In this document: piece after piece, positions 7,719 to 18,700 of the stretch | Layout of the letters: each line of letters opens with the position of its first letter | Position numbering within the stretch: position 1 is the stretch's first letter | NCBI GenBank assembly: GCA_963833465.1 | Contig: CAWHXW010000002.1 | Coordinates: forward strand, 288,523-352,522 | Reading direction: 5' to 3' | Length of the DNA stretch: 64,000 bases | Origin: Ignavibacteriota bacterium | GTDB lineage: Bacteria > Bacteroidota > Ignavibacteria > UBA10030 | Notes under the pieces: model-generated | What the model was told of the DNA's origin: nothing | What the model saw: only the letters and a program-made list of their open reading frames with translations | Databases searched by the model: none | Translations under genes and position numbers: made by a program

Positions 7719-10109
7719 TTATCTCCACACTCTTTGTACCCATTGTTTGCCATCGCTTTCAAAGACGATCGCCCCTAATTTATCGGTTCGTTTAATTTCA
7801 ATTGAATGAGACTTTAATCGCCAAAGAGTGAATGGCGATGGATGATGAAATTTATTGTGATTTCCAACGGAGATAATGGCTATCCGGGGATGAACAACCT
7901 TTAGAAATTCCTCGCTTGAACTGGTGCTGCTTCCATGATGACCGGCTTTTAATATATCGCTTGAAAGAAATGCACAATAACGCGGCATCATTCTTTGTTC
8001 TGTCGCACCTTCTGCATCGCCGACAAACATAATCGATGTATTGCCATAAACGATTTTCATTACCACTGAAGAATTATTCAGGTTCTTCTCGGCAGTATGA
8101 TTCGAATCAGGATGCAAAACGTAGACGCGTGCATTTGGATCTATTTGAATCTGATTTCCAGTTCGTGCTATTTTTCCTTCGGTATGTCTCGCCTCAGCAA
8201 TTTTAAGTACATTTTTTACCTCAATATTGTTTATAGAAAGAGACGCCATTATAATCGTATCAACTCGAAGTAATTTAAGGACCGATCCTGCGCCTCCAAT
8301 ATGGTCACTGTGCGGATGTGTAATTAAAATATAATCGAGCTTTGAGATTTCTTTTCGTTTTAAGAATGGAACAACAGTCCGCATACCTGCATCAAATTGC
8401 CGGGACAATGGGCCTGTATCAATCAACATTCTTTTATTATTTGGGAATTCAACTAAAATTGCATCACCCTGTCCGATATCAATTGCCGTTACAATAAATT
8501 TTGGATGTGCCAGAAACCAAATATTTAAATAGATTGCATAATTGCTCAACATTAAAACAATAATGAGAATCCATGCGCGAACACGCGGCAAATTTAAATT
8601 GAAGATGCCGATCACAAAAATATAATATCCGATAACGAATACAGCGCTGAAGTGCCAAGCTTCCAAATATGCAAATGGAACACTCGCTGCTTGTTTGACA
8701 AATTCAAGCAGAAACCAAATTAAGAAATCATTTGCCGCTGCATATAATTTTGCAATCCACGGACTGATAGGATAAAACAAGATTTCCACCGCTCCGATAA
8801 ATGTATTGAGTCCGCTTATTGGCACAGCAGGGATATTCGCCGCAAAAGAAATAATGGATACAATGCCAAAATAGTAGGCCGTAAAAGGTACAGTTCCCAA
8901 TTGAGCTGCAAGAGAAACAGCTGATAATTTTAATACGGCATCAACACCTTTGATTTCTTCAAATCGTTTTGGAATTTTCTTGATAAGCGATTCAAGACGA
9001 GGATAGAAATAAACAATAGAGATGACTGCCGAAAATGATAACTGAAAACCGACATCGAATAAATTGTTTGTATTCCAGAAAAGAAGTATAAGTGCGGCAA
9101 TACTAATTGAATTATAAACGTCCGCCTTTCTTTCAATCAGCGTTCCGCATAGAAGAACAATTGCCATAACTGTTGCACGGACAACTGATGCGCTTGATCC
9201 TGTAATCAGCATATATGCTATAAGTCCCAGAATTGCCACGGCGCCGGTTGCTTTCCGAGACAGCCGAAAAAAACGAAGCACTGATAAAAAAATAAATGCG
9301 ACAAACGCAACTTTCAAACCGGATACTACCAAAATATGAATTGTGCCCGTGTCTATGAACGATTGCTTTACATCGGATGAAATATCTGCACGGTACCCGA
9401 ACATGATCCCTTTTAAGAAACTTGCATGGCGAGGAGAATGAAGGCGATCAATTATACGATACAAAGCTTGCTGCGCTGAATAAGTCCAAGTCTGAAATAA
9501 ATTTGCATTCACTTCTCCACCTACTCGAACATTAGCCAACCCTTTGACTGTTACTACACCTTGGATATCGTTCAACGCAAGATATTTTCCATAATCAAAC
9601 TCACCGGGATTTCGCTGAAACGGAAACGGCTCAATTGTTCCATGTATTTCTATTTTCTTCCCAAATTTAATTTTTCCTTCGTAATGATCTTTTTTATCAA
9701 ATTTAATTATGGCCATCACTCCGCGTGAATTCTGATCAATTTTTTCTTCACGAATAATGCTATCCGTGCAAACAACAAAACTGATCCTGCCAGCTTTTAG
9801 TTCTGGCTCAGAATCAATTATGCCGAAAAGAATCACAGGTTCATTGTCGGTACGCGGTTCAATCTCTCGTAAAGCAAAATTCGATTGTTGAAGTGTTTGA
9901 AGAAAAATGCCAAGCAGCACGACAGCACATTGGAGAAATATTTCAGCAAGTAATCTGAACTTTTCTTTCCAGAATAATATAGCAGAGATAAAAACAAGAA
10001 CAGCTGTAATTACAAGTAGATATACAGGAGAAAGTGAAATCCATACCGCAAGAATAATTCCCGTGATGAATAATAGAACTAACCGTAATGCGGGACGATT
10101 CTGAAACAT
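7719..10109 (-). CDS. comEC: DNA internalization competence protein ComEC/Rec2
   Basis: RNPGEFDY, GTIHILVVSGL, SVVRATVM, DVGFQLSF competence domain; metallo-beta-lactamase domain DIGQGDA, THPHSDHIGG, GHHGS. Confidence 0.95.
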   Translation of the reverse strand: MFQNRPALRLVLLFITGIILAVWISLSPVYLLVITAVLVFISAILFWKEKFRLLAEIFLQCAVVLLGIFLQTLQQSNFALREIEPRTDNEPVILFGIIDSEPELKAGRISFVVCTDSIIREEKIDQNSRGVMAIIKFDKKDHYEGKIKFGKKIEIHGTIEPFPFQRNPGEFDYGKYLALNDIQGVVTVKGLANVRVGGEVNANLFQTWTYSAQQALYRIIDRLHSPRHASFLKGIMFGYRADISSDVKQSFIDTGTIHILVVSGLKVAFVAFIFLSVLRFFRLSRKATGAVAILGLIAYMLITGSSASVVRATVMAIVLLCGTLIERKADVYNSISIAALILLFWNTNNLFDVGFQLSFSAVISIVYFYPRLESLIKKIPKRFEEIKGVDAVLKLSAVSLAAQLGTVPFTAYYFGIVSIISFAANIPAVPISGLNTFIGAVEILFYPISPWIAKLYAAANDFLIWFLLEFVKQAASVPFAYLEAWHFSAVFVIGYYIFVIGIFNLNLPRVRAWILIIVLMLSNYAIYLNIWFLAHPKFIVTAIDIGQGDAILVEFPNNKRMLIDTGPLSRQFDAGMRTVVPFLKRKEISKLDYILITHPHSDHIGGAGSVLKLLRVDTIIMASLSINNIEVKNVLKIAEARHTEGKIARTGNQIQIDPNARVYVLHPDSNHTAEKNLNNSSVVMKIVYGNTSIMFVGDAEGATEQRMMPRYCAFLSSDILKAGHHGSSTSSSEEFLKVVHPRIAIISVGNHNKFHHPSPFTLWRLKSHSIEIKRTDKLGAIVFESDGKQWVQRVWR

Positions 10110-10117
10110 AGAAAATT

Positions 10118-11056
10118 TTAAAAATCATGAAATAATTTGATGATCGCAGGTGTAACGTGCGTGAGATTTTTTATTCGCTTTGCTAATTGATGGCTGTGTT
10201 TGCCCGCAAGAATACACGGAACTCTATTGCGAGTGTGCGACTTGGTAGAAAGGTCTTCGATATTGCCATGGTCACTGACAATCATTAACAATGTATTGCC
10301 GGGATCGAATGATTCTAAAAAGCCGGATAAGAACTCATCGAAACGTTCCAGCACCTCCACTGCAAATGTCATCTTTTGACTATGACCGGCATGATCGGTC
10401 AGCCAGTACTCGAAAAGCGTGAAATCATGGTTGGATGCAACTGACGCGAAATGCTTTCCAGCTTCTTCCGGTGTAATCGGTTTGATTTCCGGATGTCCAA
10501 GTTCAGGCCATTGAGTTCGAATAAAATCTGCTGAGATTCCTTCATCCCGCTGGAGCTCTTGCGCAGTAAGCAGCGGAACGCCGGCGAATGAACACGAAAG
10601 TGTAGTTACTGTAAGCTTTCGTTTGGCGGATTCCGTATAATCAAAAAACCGCTGCGGAAAAGCGTTAGCGAACACTGCCGATTTGCCAATTGCTTTCAAT
10701 TGAGAAAAAATATTTTTTTCTGCAATAATTTGACGAAGGACGGACGGCGGATACGGACCAAAATGCCTGCCAAATTTCTTTGCTCCATTTACACCTGTAA
10801 AAATTGCAGTCTGTCCTGTTCCGCTTTGCGGCAAACCTGATACGCCAAGCGTTGCATTGACAGCAATTACCTCAGCTTTTTCTGTTGATTTGTTTTTAAA
10901 AGTTGAATATGGCAGTTCTCCTCCGCACAGTTTTGTAAGAGTCTGCATTCGAGCGCGAAAGAATGGATTGACGTCTGCATCTTTTTTTCCAATGCCGACA
11001 CCATCCATAAAGATGAGAACTACACGCAATTTAGTATATTTAGTTTCGCTCCCCAA
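10118..11056 (-). CDS. Alkaline-phosphatase-superfamily metalloenzyme (phosphoglycerate mutase/phosphopentomutase-like)
   Basis: FMDGVGIG, PQSGTGQT, TDHAGH, SDHGNIED, HTRN metal-binding motifs. Confidence 0.85.
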   Translation of the reverse strand: MGSETKYTKLRVVLIFMDGVGIGKKDADVNPFFRARMQTLTKLCGGELPYSTFKNKSTEKAEVIAVNATLGVSGLPQSGTGQTAIFTGVNGAKKFGRHFGPYPPSVLRQIIAEKNIFSQLKAIGKSAVFANAFPQRFFDYTESAKRKLTVTTLSCSFAGVPLLTAQELQRDEGISADFIRTQWPELGHPEIKPITPEEAGKHFASVASNHDFTLFEYWLTDHAGHSQKMTFAVEVLERFDEFLSGFLESFDPGNTLLMIVSDHGNIEDLSTKSHTRNRVPCILAGKHSHQLAKRIKNLTHVTPAIIKLFHDF

Positions 11057-11078
11057 AGTCAGATTTCCCTTACAACTT

Positions 11079-11528
11079 TTAATTCTTGCTTTCCAGCATT
11101 AAAGTCACAGGACCTTCGTTTATCAATTCAACATCCATCATTGCGCGGAAAACACCTGAGATAACATTTCGTTCACCTAAATTTTTCTGCAATTGTATGA
11201 TGAAATGATTGTACAATGCTTCAGCAATCTGCGGAGGTGCAGCATCTGTATAGCTTGGGCGGTTCCCTTTATGAGTATCGCCGTAAAGCGTGAATTGCGA
11301 AACTACCATCGCATCACCATTTACATCCATAACGGAAAGATTCATCTTCCCCGTATCATCTTCAAAAATGCGAAGTGTCGAACAGCGATCGGCAAGATAT
11401 TCCGCATCTGATTCTGTATCACCGTTTTTTATGCCGAGTAGGATTAGTATTCCCGTTTTAATGGAACTATACAGCTTACCATCAATAGCTACAGAACATC
11501 GCTTTACTCGCTGAACCAATGCACGCAT
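11079..11528 (-). CDS. dtd: D-aminoacyl-tRNA deacylase
   Basis: MRALVQRV, VSQFTLYG, GNRPS, NEGPVT motifs. Confidence 0.97.
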   Translation of the reverse strand: MRALVQRVKRCSVAIDGKLYSSIKTGILILLGIKNGDTESDAEYLADRCSTLRIFEDDTGKMNLSVMDVNGDAMVVSQFTLYGDTHKGNRPSYTDAAPPQIAEALYNHFIIQLQKNLGERNVISGVFRAMMDVELINEGPVTLMLESKN

Positions 11529-11644
11529 GGCTGGTAATTAATTATTTGCGATTAGAAATTTATTGTAAAGAAAAACTATATTTTAATCAGGAGCGACTTC
11601 TGAAAAAAGTAAATGTTAATTCATACAAGACACAAAGTAATAAG

Positions 11645-12562
11645 TCAATTTAGATTTATCAAATTAGACGGCAAACCAGTCCAAATTCCGGAAACAACGC
11701 GTGGTATTCCCTGTAAATCATCTGTTATTTGAATCTGCGTCATTCCGGAATTTTTCAATTCACGCGCAATTTTCCCTGCTTGGTTTAACCCGACTTCCAA
11801 CATTATGCTGCCGCCGGGTTTAAGAATGTCGGGAATAATTCCAATGAGACGATGATAGAATTTTAGCCCGTCCTTGCCGTCGGTCAATGCCACCGACGGC
11901 TCAAAATCACGCACTTCTGTTTGCAATTGTTCCCACTCGTCTTTCGGAATATAAGGAGGATTACTCACGAGAAGATCGAACCGTTTTCGGAATATTTCTT
12001 TCGTTTGATCAAATATATCAATTAATGAAAATTGTATTTGCGAATTAACGGAATGCATTCGCGCGTTTTCCTCTGCTACAATCAACGCTTCTTTGCTGAT
12101 GTCGATAGCTGTAACGTGCGCCTGTTTTATGTATTTTGCAATTGATATTGCAATATTTCCGCTTCCTGTCCCGACTTCGAAAACTTGAATCGTCGTATTG
12201 CTCGGATAACGCTGACACAACAACATCGTTTGTTCGATGAGGGTTTCCGTTTCAGGGCGTGGAATAAGTACCCTTGAATCGACAGCAAATTGAAGCCCCA
12301 TAAAATTAGTCGAACCAATAATATACTGCACCGGCTCTCCCTTTAGTCGTCGTTCGTATAAAGATCGGAATTGTTTAAGTTCTGTAGATGATATCGGTTT
12401 ATCAAAATTGAGATATAATTGAATGCGCTGGAGATCTAATGCATACGCAAGAAGAAGTTCAACGTTAAGACGGGCATCCTCAAATCCTTTTCGCTGAAGA
12501 TGTTCCACTGCAGACTTCATTAATTCACGAATTGTCCATACTCGTGTTTTATCTTCCAGCAT
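11645..12562 (-). CDS. prmC: Release factor glutamine methyltransferase
   Basis: GEPVQYIIG, VLIPRPETE, GTGSGNIA, SNPPY motifs. Confidence 0.96.
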   Translation of the reverse strand: MLEDKTRVWTIRELMKSAVEHLQRKGFEDARLNVELLLAYALDLQRIQLYLNFDKPISSTELKQFRSLYERRLKGEPVQYIIGSTNFMGLQFAVDSRVLIPRPETETLIEQTMLLCQRYPSNTTIQVFEVGTGSGNIAISIAKYIKQAHVTAIDISKEALIVAEENARMHSVNSQIQFSLIDIFDQTKEIFRKRFDLLVSNPPYIPKDEWEQLQTEVRDFEPSVALTDGKDGLKFYHRLIGIIPDILKPGGSIMLEVGLNQAGKIARELKNSGMTQIQITDDLQGIPRVVSGIWTGLPSNLINLN

Positions 12563-12568
12563 GCTGAT

Positions 12569-13111
12569 TTATTTTTTGCCTCTTTTATTTTTTTTTAATT
12601 TTTTATTTACGATTAGTTTCGTTTGTTTTGTTGATTTAGATTTCTGAAAAGAACTCTTTTTCTTATGTGTTTTCTTTACAGATTTCTTTGATACGGCATT
12701 TGTCTTCTTATTCACAGAAATATTTTTTGATTTCACTACATGGCCCACAAACGCTTTTCGCCGAATACTTCCTACTTCCTCTTCCTCTTCATTGATGACA
12801 GTTTCGATAACGCGTCTGTTTCGCAGCTTAACACGATCTTCCGAAAAGAAACCGAGATTTTCCATGTCTGAATCTTCTATTTCGGCATCCGATAAAATTT
12901 CTTCATCTTCCTGAATTTTTACCTGCGCAGGAATAATTTGGAAACGATTATCACCGTCAAGCATTGCACTAAAATCCGATAAAGATGCAACTTCGAATCC
13001 CTTGATCTTGGAACGTTCAACGATCTCTTCCCACACTTTGCGAACCGGAATTAAAGGTTCTTGTTGAACACTGAGAATTAATTCAGCCTCATTTAAACAT
13101 TTCTCATACAC
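12569..13111 (-). CDS. Hypothetical protein with acidic middle and Lys-rich C-terminal tail
   Basis: 180-aa ORF, GTG start with AAGGAG RBS, co-oriented with prmC. Confidence 0.75.
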   Translation of the reverse strand: MYEKCLNEAELILSVQQEPLIPVRKVWEEIVERSKIKGFEVASLSDFSAMLDGDNRFQIIPAQVKIQEDEEILSDAEIEDSDMENLGFFSEDRVKLRNRRVIETVINEEEEEVGSIRRKAFVGHVVKSKNISVNKKTNAVSKKSVKKTHKKKSSFQKSKSTKQTKLIVNKKLKKNKRGKK

Positions 13112-13165
13112 TGCCGGCTCCTTTATTGGATATAGTAATAAAAATCCCCTATGAAAAATGTAAAG

Positions 13166-14413
13166 TTATTTCGAGGAAAGCGCAAGCATATCGTTACGCG
13201 GATTTGGTGTACGCACTAAAAGAACAATACCAATAATGCCGACAATCAATGTAATTACAAAGAGAAAATTATAACCGTAAAGAGCGCACAAGAGTCCGGC
13301 AAATGGAGTGATGAGGTAAAACGGAGCAAACCAGGCATTCATCAATCCTACATACATTGGACATTTTCCATCAGGTGCGCATTCAACTGCAAAATTATAG
13401 CGCATAGCTGTCTCAGCGCCAACATTAACGCCAAAGAAAAGGAAAACAAAATAGAACCAATTTGCGGATTGCGCTGACAACGCAATTGCAATTGCCAGCA
13501 ACAGACTTATACCGCAGACAACGAGGGCACTTTTAGTCCCTTTTGTATCGGCAAGCCAACCTAATAGTACACCACTAATAATCTGCCCCATAATCATCAG
13601 GATTGTAAAAATCCCAACCACATATTCAGAAATATCAAAACGCTTCATTGCTGCAATAGTAAAGAATGCAGCTGATGAAAAACTTATTGTAAGTAAAGCC
13701 GATGCGGTTAAAAATTTTCTGTAAATGCGATTGCCTGCAACAATTGTCCGTACATGGGAAAATAAATTCAAAAGATGTACTGGAGTCGAAACTGGCGAAG
13801 GAGTCGCTTCTACAACTTTTTGCTGTGCCGCTAATGAACTCGTTTGAAATAAAAATGCGAGGCCAATAGCTGAAGCATAATTATATGGAAACCGGAGCAT
13901 CGTTAGCATCGCAGTTAATATGAAAGCATTTACTAATGCAAGCAATGCAGAAAGAGAAACGCGCCAGCCCATTATTTTTCCTCTTCTTTCTGGCGAAGTA
14001 GTCTTTGCTAAAAAATCCATCCAGATTGGAGATATAGAACCTGAAGTAGCTTGGTTGGAAATATATAACAAAAACAGCAACGTGAGAACAAGTGTCGGTT
14101 CAGAAATTCCCCATATCGCAATAACAATTGCGAGCAAAAGAATATGCAAACGTTGTATGAATCCAATTTTAATAACTGCGGATTTTCTATATCGAGACGT
14201 ACCAGAATAGTTCGCCGAAATAATTTGCGGCAAAAAATAAGCAAGATATACAATAACAGGCCATGTGCCGATAAGTACATCGCTTCCACCCAGCCGCTTA
14301 ATCAAAGCAGGCATCATAGTCTGCACTGGAATTAAAGCTGCGGTACTAACGTAGAGAGCTCCTTCGATTATGTGGTAACGTTCATTCCTCGATTGCAAGT
14401 CGTGCAAATTCAT
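13166..14413 (-). CDS. MFS transporter
   Basis: About 12 hydrophobic segments; PERRGK..G and GWLADTKG MFS loop motifs. Confidence 0.88.
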   Translation of the reverse strand: MNLHDLQSRNERYHIIEGALYVSTAALIPVQTMMPALIKRLGGSDVLIGTWPVIVYLAYFLPQIISANYSGTSRYRKSAVIKIGFIQRLHILLLAIVIAIWGISEPTLVLTLLFLLYISNQATSGSISPIWMDFLAKTTSPERRGKIMGWRVSLSALLALVNAFILTAMLTMLRFPYNYASAIGLAFLFQTSSLAAQQKVVEATPSPVSTPVHLLNLFSHVRTIVAGNRIYRKFLTASALLTISFSSAAFFTIAAMKRFDISEYVVGIFTILMIMGQIISGVLLGWLADTKGTKSALVVCGISLLLAIAIALSAQSANWFYFVFLFFGVNVGAETAMRYNFAVECAPDGKCPMYVGLMNAWFAPFYLITPFAGLLCALYGYNFLFVITLIVGIIGIVLLVRTPNPRNDMLALSSK

Positions 14414-14427
14414 ATTCTCTTTATAAT

Positions 14428-14455
14428 AAAAAAGGTCACGCTCGGTGACCTTTTT
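14428..14455 (-). terminator. Intrinsic terminator
   Basis: AAAAAAGGTCAC-gctcg-GTGACCTTTTT downstream of the response regulator. Confidence 0.75.
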
Positions 14456-14483
14456 CTATTCAAAATCATTGAGCACTTTTCTT

Positions 14484-14888
14484 TCATTTCTTCATTTTAT
14501 CGGCGAAGAGCTGGGCAACTTTTTCAATATCATAACCGACTTTCGGCAGATATATGCCGCCGTATTTTTCTACCATCGATTTCAATGTATCGTATGCATC
14601 GGCACTGCAAAAAAAAGTAGGCGTTGCCCGATTCGGACCATCTTTCTTCGCTAATTGAAGAAGCGCTATGCCCGGAAGATGTCCTTTTAAATTATTATCC
14701 TTAAAATCGTTATCAAGAATTATCAAACTGAACACTTCGGATTTTATCTTCGCCCAAGTCTCTACGCTTGTTGCAGTCTCTACAATTTCGATTTCGTCTT
14801 CTAAAATAGCAGTAACTACTTCAAGCGCAAAACCATGAGATTTACGCTGACCTTCATCGTCATCTGCTACGAGAACTTTATAAGGCAT
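14484..14888 (-). CDS. Single-domain response regulator (CheY-like)
   Basis: KVLVADDD, LIILD phosphoacceptor, CSA, YLPK. Confidence 0.85.
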   Translation of the reverse strand: MPYKVLVADDDEGQRKSHGFALEVVTAILEDEIEIVETATSVETWAKIKSEVFSLIILDNDFKDNNLKGHLPGIALLQLAKKDGPNRATPTFFCSADAYDTLKSMVEKYGGIYLPKVGYDIEKVAQLFADKMKK

Positions 14889-15124
14889 TAGATCTATATC
14901 TCAATTATAAGTACCTGAAATCTTTGTTCCCATGCTACAAACTTTTCAGGGAAAAAACAATAACCCTGCAAAGAAAGCCGATAGTCATTTATACCTAAAA
15001 AGAAGCCCGATTTTGCAGTTTTAAAATCGAGCTTTAACTTTGTTAATAACTGAATAATGTGTATTTCACCAACATCGCCGTACAAATAACTTTAGTAAAA
15101 TAATTCTTGATAACAAACTTTTTG

Positions 15125-15526
15125 TTACCTGTATCCCCGAATTACTACTGGGAAACCATTGTATGTTGTTAAAAATAAACCACCTATAACTACATAGTTA
15201 TTTGTTGGATAAATACTAGTCCAACCAGCATTGCTGCCATTTAATGATTGAATCTCAGGATAAGAGTGCCGGCTTGCACCATTATAATGAGCAACCTCAC
15301 CTCCGGGTGTTACATCAAATATATCCTTTTGAATAATGCCACGAATACGTGATGCAGTATATGTTAATCCCTTATTGATTTGTGAACCAATATTTAATGT
15401 CATAATATGAAGTCCACTTCCTCCATCAAGATAAATCGAATTTATATTATCAGTCCAAACAGTTTAGTGCACGAATGCACAATATTTACTTTTCTCAATA
15501 ATTGCGATCTTTTTTTTAATTGTCAT
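15125..15526 (-). pseudogene. Probable remnant: C-terminal fragment of a beta-rich secreted protein
   Basis: The 92-aa ORF extends upstream in frame to a TAA at ~15464-15466 and an ATG at 15526. Sequence (GEVAHYNG...NYVVIGG...VVIRGYR) looks like propeller blades; no signal peptide. Confidence 0.4.
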
Positions 15527-15745
15527 ACCAGCAGATTGAAAGCGTGCATTTAAAATAAAGATTTCCTTATTCTTGACCATGCGAAACCATCATTGTGAAC
15601 ATTTCGCTTCTATCGTTGATTGTTCAACCTGCAAATGATTTTACAATTAGTTTTCAACAGTTTCTTGCTTCCGCTCCAATATTCTACTAACTTACTTATG
15701 TATAGCAGTTATTATTCCAGCATAAACGATTCAGAATGAAGATTT

Positions 15746-18700
15746 ATGAAAAAAATTATTCTCTTTTATTTTTGCATTTCATTTTTTTGTGCATTTCAAA
15801 AGACTCTTGCTTATTCCAGTGAACAATCTCCATTAAAAAAAATTCTAATAGTTGTTCAGGGCACATCAAGTTTGAAAAACTATGCAATGGGAGACGGCCG
15901 CCAACTTGCCGCATTACTCGGACATTTTCATACATTGGTAACCATTAAAGGCGATAAGGATTACAAGTTCGGCGAGCTTAACAATTTTGATTACATTTTC
16001 TATATCGGATTTGAAGTTCGCAACGATGTTCCAACAAAATTTCTTTTAGATGTATATAATACGGATAAACCTGTCATCTGGCTCAATACAGGAATGGTAG
16101 AATTTTGCCGTCGGTACGATATACGGAAAAAATTTGGTTTCAACGTTGCTAAAATTGATTCCGTAATAAATTTCGATCGGGTCATATCAAACAGTACGGT
16201 ATTCACAAAAGGCGAATCTCACCTCGGCATAATTCATATAGGCAATCCGGCCATTACAAAAGTTATTGCTAGGGCATTCTCAACCGCAAAGCAAAAAGAA
16301 TCCCCGTACGCAATTTCAACAAAAAATCTTATGTACTTTGCCGATTCACCTTTCGCTTATGCCGTGCCCGGAGATCATTACAATTATTTTGCAGATTATT
16401 TGCATGACATTCTTCATGAGAATCATGAAACTTCGCATCGCGCGATGATTCGAATTGAAGACGTAACGCTTTTCGATAATCCCGACAATCTACGTGAAAT
16501 AGCCGACATCCTCTCGGGACGCGGTATTCCATTTATGGTCGGCGTGATTCCGTTTTTCGTCGATCCGGGCGAAGGTATTCGTTTAAGTTTATCCGATAAA
16601 CCGGAACTTGTAGATGCGCTGCAGTATATGGTACATAACGGCGGAACCATCGTAATGCATGGTATCACTCACCAATACAAAGGCGTAACCGCTGTGGATT
16701 ATGAATTCTGGGATGATAATGCTAACGGACCAATAAAAGGCGAGACTGAAGAAGGCGATGCTCGAAAAATTGAAATGGGAATTCAAGAATTTATGAAAAA
16801 CGGGCTTTACCCTCTCGTTTGGGAAACACCGCATTACACCGCCTCTTTCATACTGTATAAAACAATTGCAAAATATTTTAGTACCTGCTTGCGAGCAGCG
16901 GCTTTCTATAGAAAATGCCGACTTCAGTCAGTACTTCCCGTATATTATTAATAAAGATTTATTCGGACAAACGATCTATCCCGAAAATCTCGGATATGTT
17001 CCGTTAAATTCGGATAAAGCGGCAAGCCGCGCGTCCGTTGATGAACTTTTGAAAAATGCAAAAGCACAATTATATATTCGTGATGGAGTTGTTACTGCAT
17101 TTTTCCATGCCTTTCTCGATCTTGATCTATTGAAGCAGCTTGCAGATGGACTTGAAAAACTTGGATATACTTTTCTCGATATGCGTGAGGAAACAAATTG
17201 GGTAAAAACTAAGGATAGGGTAATCCTCTCCGGTACACAAGATTATTCTATCAATCTCGAAGATCAATATTTATTGGAAGCTTATTTTGATAAAACAGGA
17301 GAGCTGCGAGATCGAAAACTTTCCGAGAAACGCCTTCTTGGAAATATTACCAAACATATAATTTTAGCGCCGGACGAGTTTTATAAAGCCGAGCCCACTG
17401 AATTTAGAGAACACGAACGGACATTTGTCGAAAAAACTATATCTCAGGCAGAACGGATATATGATAATCTTTTTGTCAAAGAAGACGAATGGAACGCGGC
17501 GCATGTTCTAATTTTGTGGAATCATTTTGCACGGGGCGCTTTATTCAATGATCAGGCATCATTTGCGTCCGCGCTGCGAAGTGTGAATATAATAGCGGAT
17601 ACTGTTTTTCTCGGACAGCCGATTAATCCGTCGAAATACAATCTCCTAATAGTGCCGGCAGCAATAGCTGATTCACTTACGCCGCAGGATATTTCTATTG
17701 TGACGGACTACGTTTCTTCAGGCGGCAATATTATTCTCGACTCAAAAACCGATTTTGCTGAAGAATTTGGAATTCAATATGCCAGTACGCGCATAAGAGT
17801 CCGTCATATTCGTGACAACTTATTTCCTGAAGAACAAATAGTCTGGCGTGATGCCGAACTTGTTAACAAATTTGATGTTGATAAAATTGATAAAATTTTC
17901 TGCATCGATGAAGCGTCAGAATATCCGATGGTTATAGGCAAACGCTTCGGCAAAGGAAAAGTTTTGTATATCAACTCGCGATTCGATCCGCATTCACAGC
18001 AAGGATATTCAAATTATCCGTATTTAGTTGAATATATTCGCCGTTATTTTCAATTGCGCCCGATCGTAAGGCGCGAACAGCTTGAAGTGTTCTTCGAGCC
18101 AGGTATCCGGCGCACGTACGCTATTGAAGATCTGATTAAGTCGTGGGTCTCGAATGGAATTCGCGTTATCCATGTTTCCGGCTGGCATGAATATCCAAAA
18201 TACACATATAATTATGCGAGCTTAATCCGTTTGGCACACGCAAATGGAATACTCGTTTATGCATGGTTAGAACCGCCGCAGGTAAGTCAAATGTTTTGGA
18301 ATAACCATCCTGAGTGGCGCGAAAAAAATATTTTCGGTGATGATGCGAAACCTGCTTGGCGGTACCCAATTGCACTCACGGACACACAATGTGTTCAAGA
18401 AATGACCAAAGAGTATCGTTCGCTCCTTGAATCTTTCGATTGGGACGGTGTTGATCTTGCCGAGCTTTATTTTGAATCAGGGCGCGGTCTTGAAGAACCG
18501 AAACAATTTACTCCAGCTCATCCATCCGCAAAGCTTGAGCTAAAGAGAAGATTTGGAATTGATTTGAAGGCGGCTTTCGATTCACTTTCACCATCTTATT
18601 GGAAAACAAATGCGTTCGTAAAAGAAACCATCACTAATTATAGAGTTGAGAAGATTAAACATATATATGAAACGCTTCTCGGTGCATTTTCTGAAATCAA

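Noticed and set aside
15540-15745. c-di-GMP riboswitch upstream of the polysaccharide genes
   Set aside because: Only a GCGAAACCAT fragment is present; the GEMM GAAA tetraloop/receptor and P1-P3 stems are not visible.
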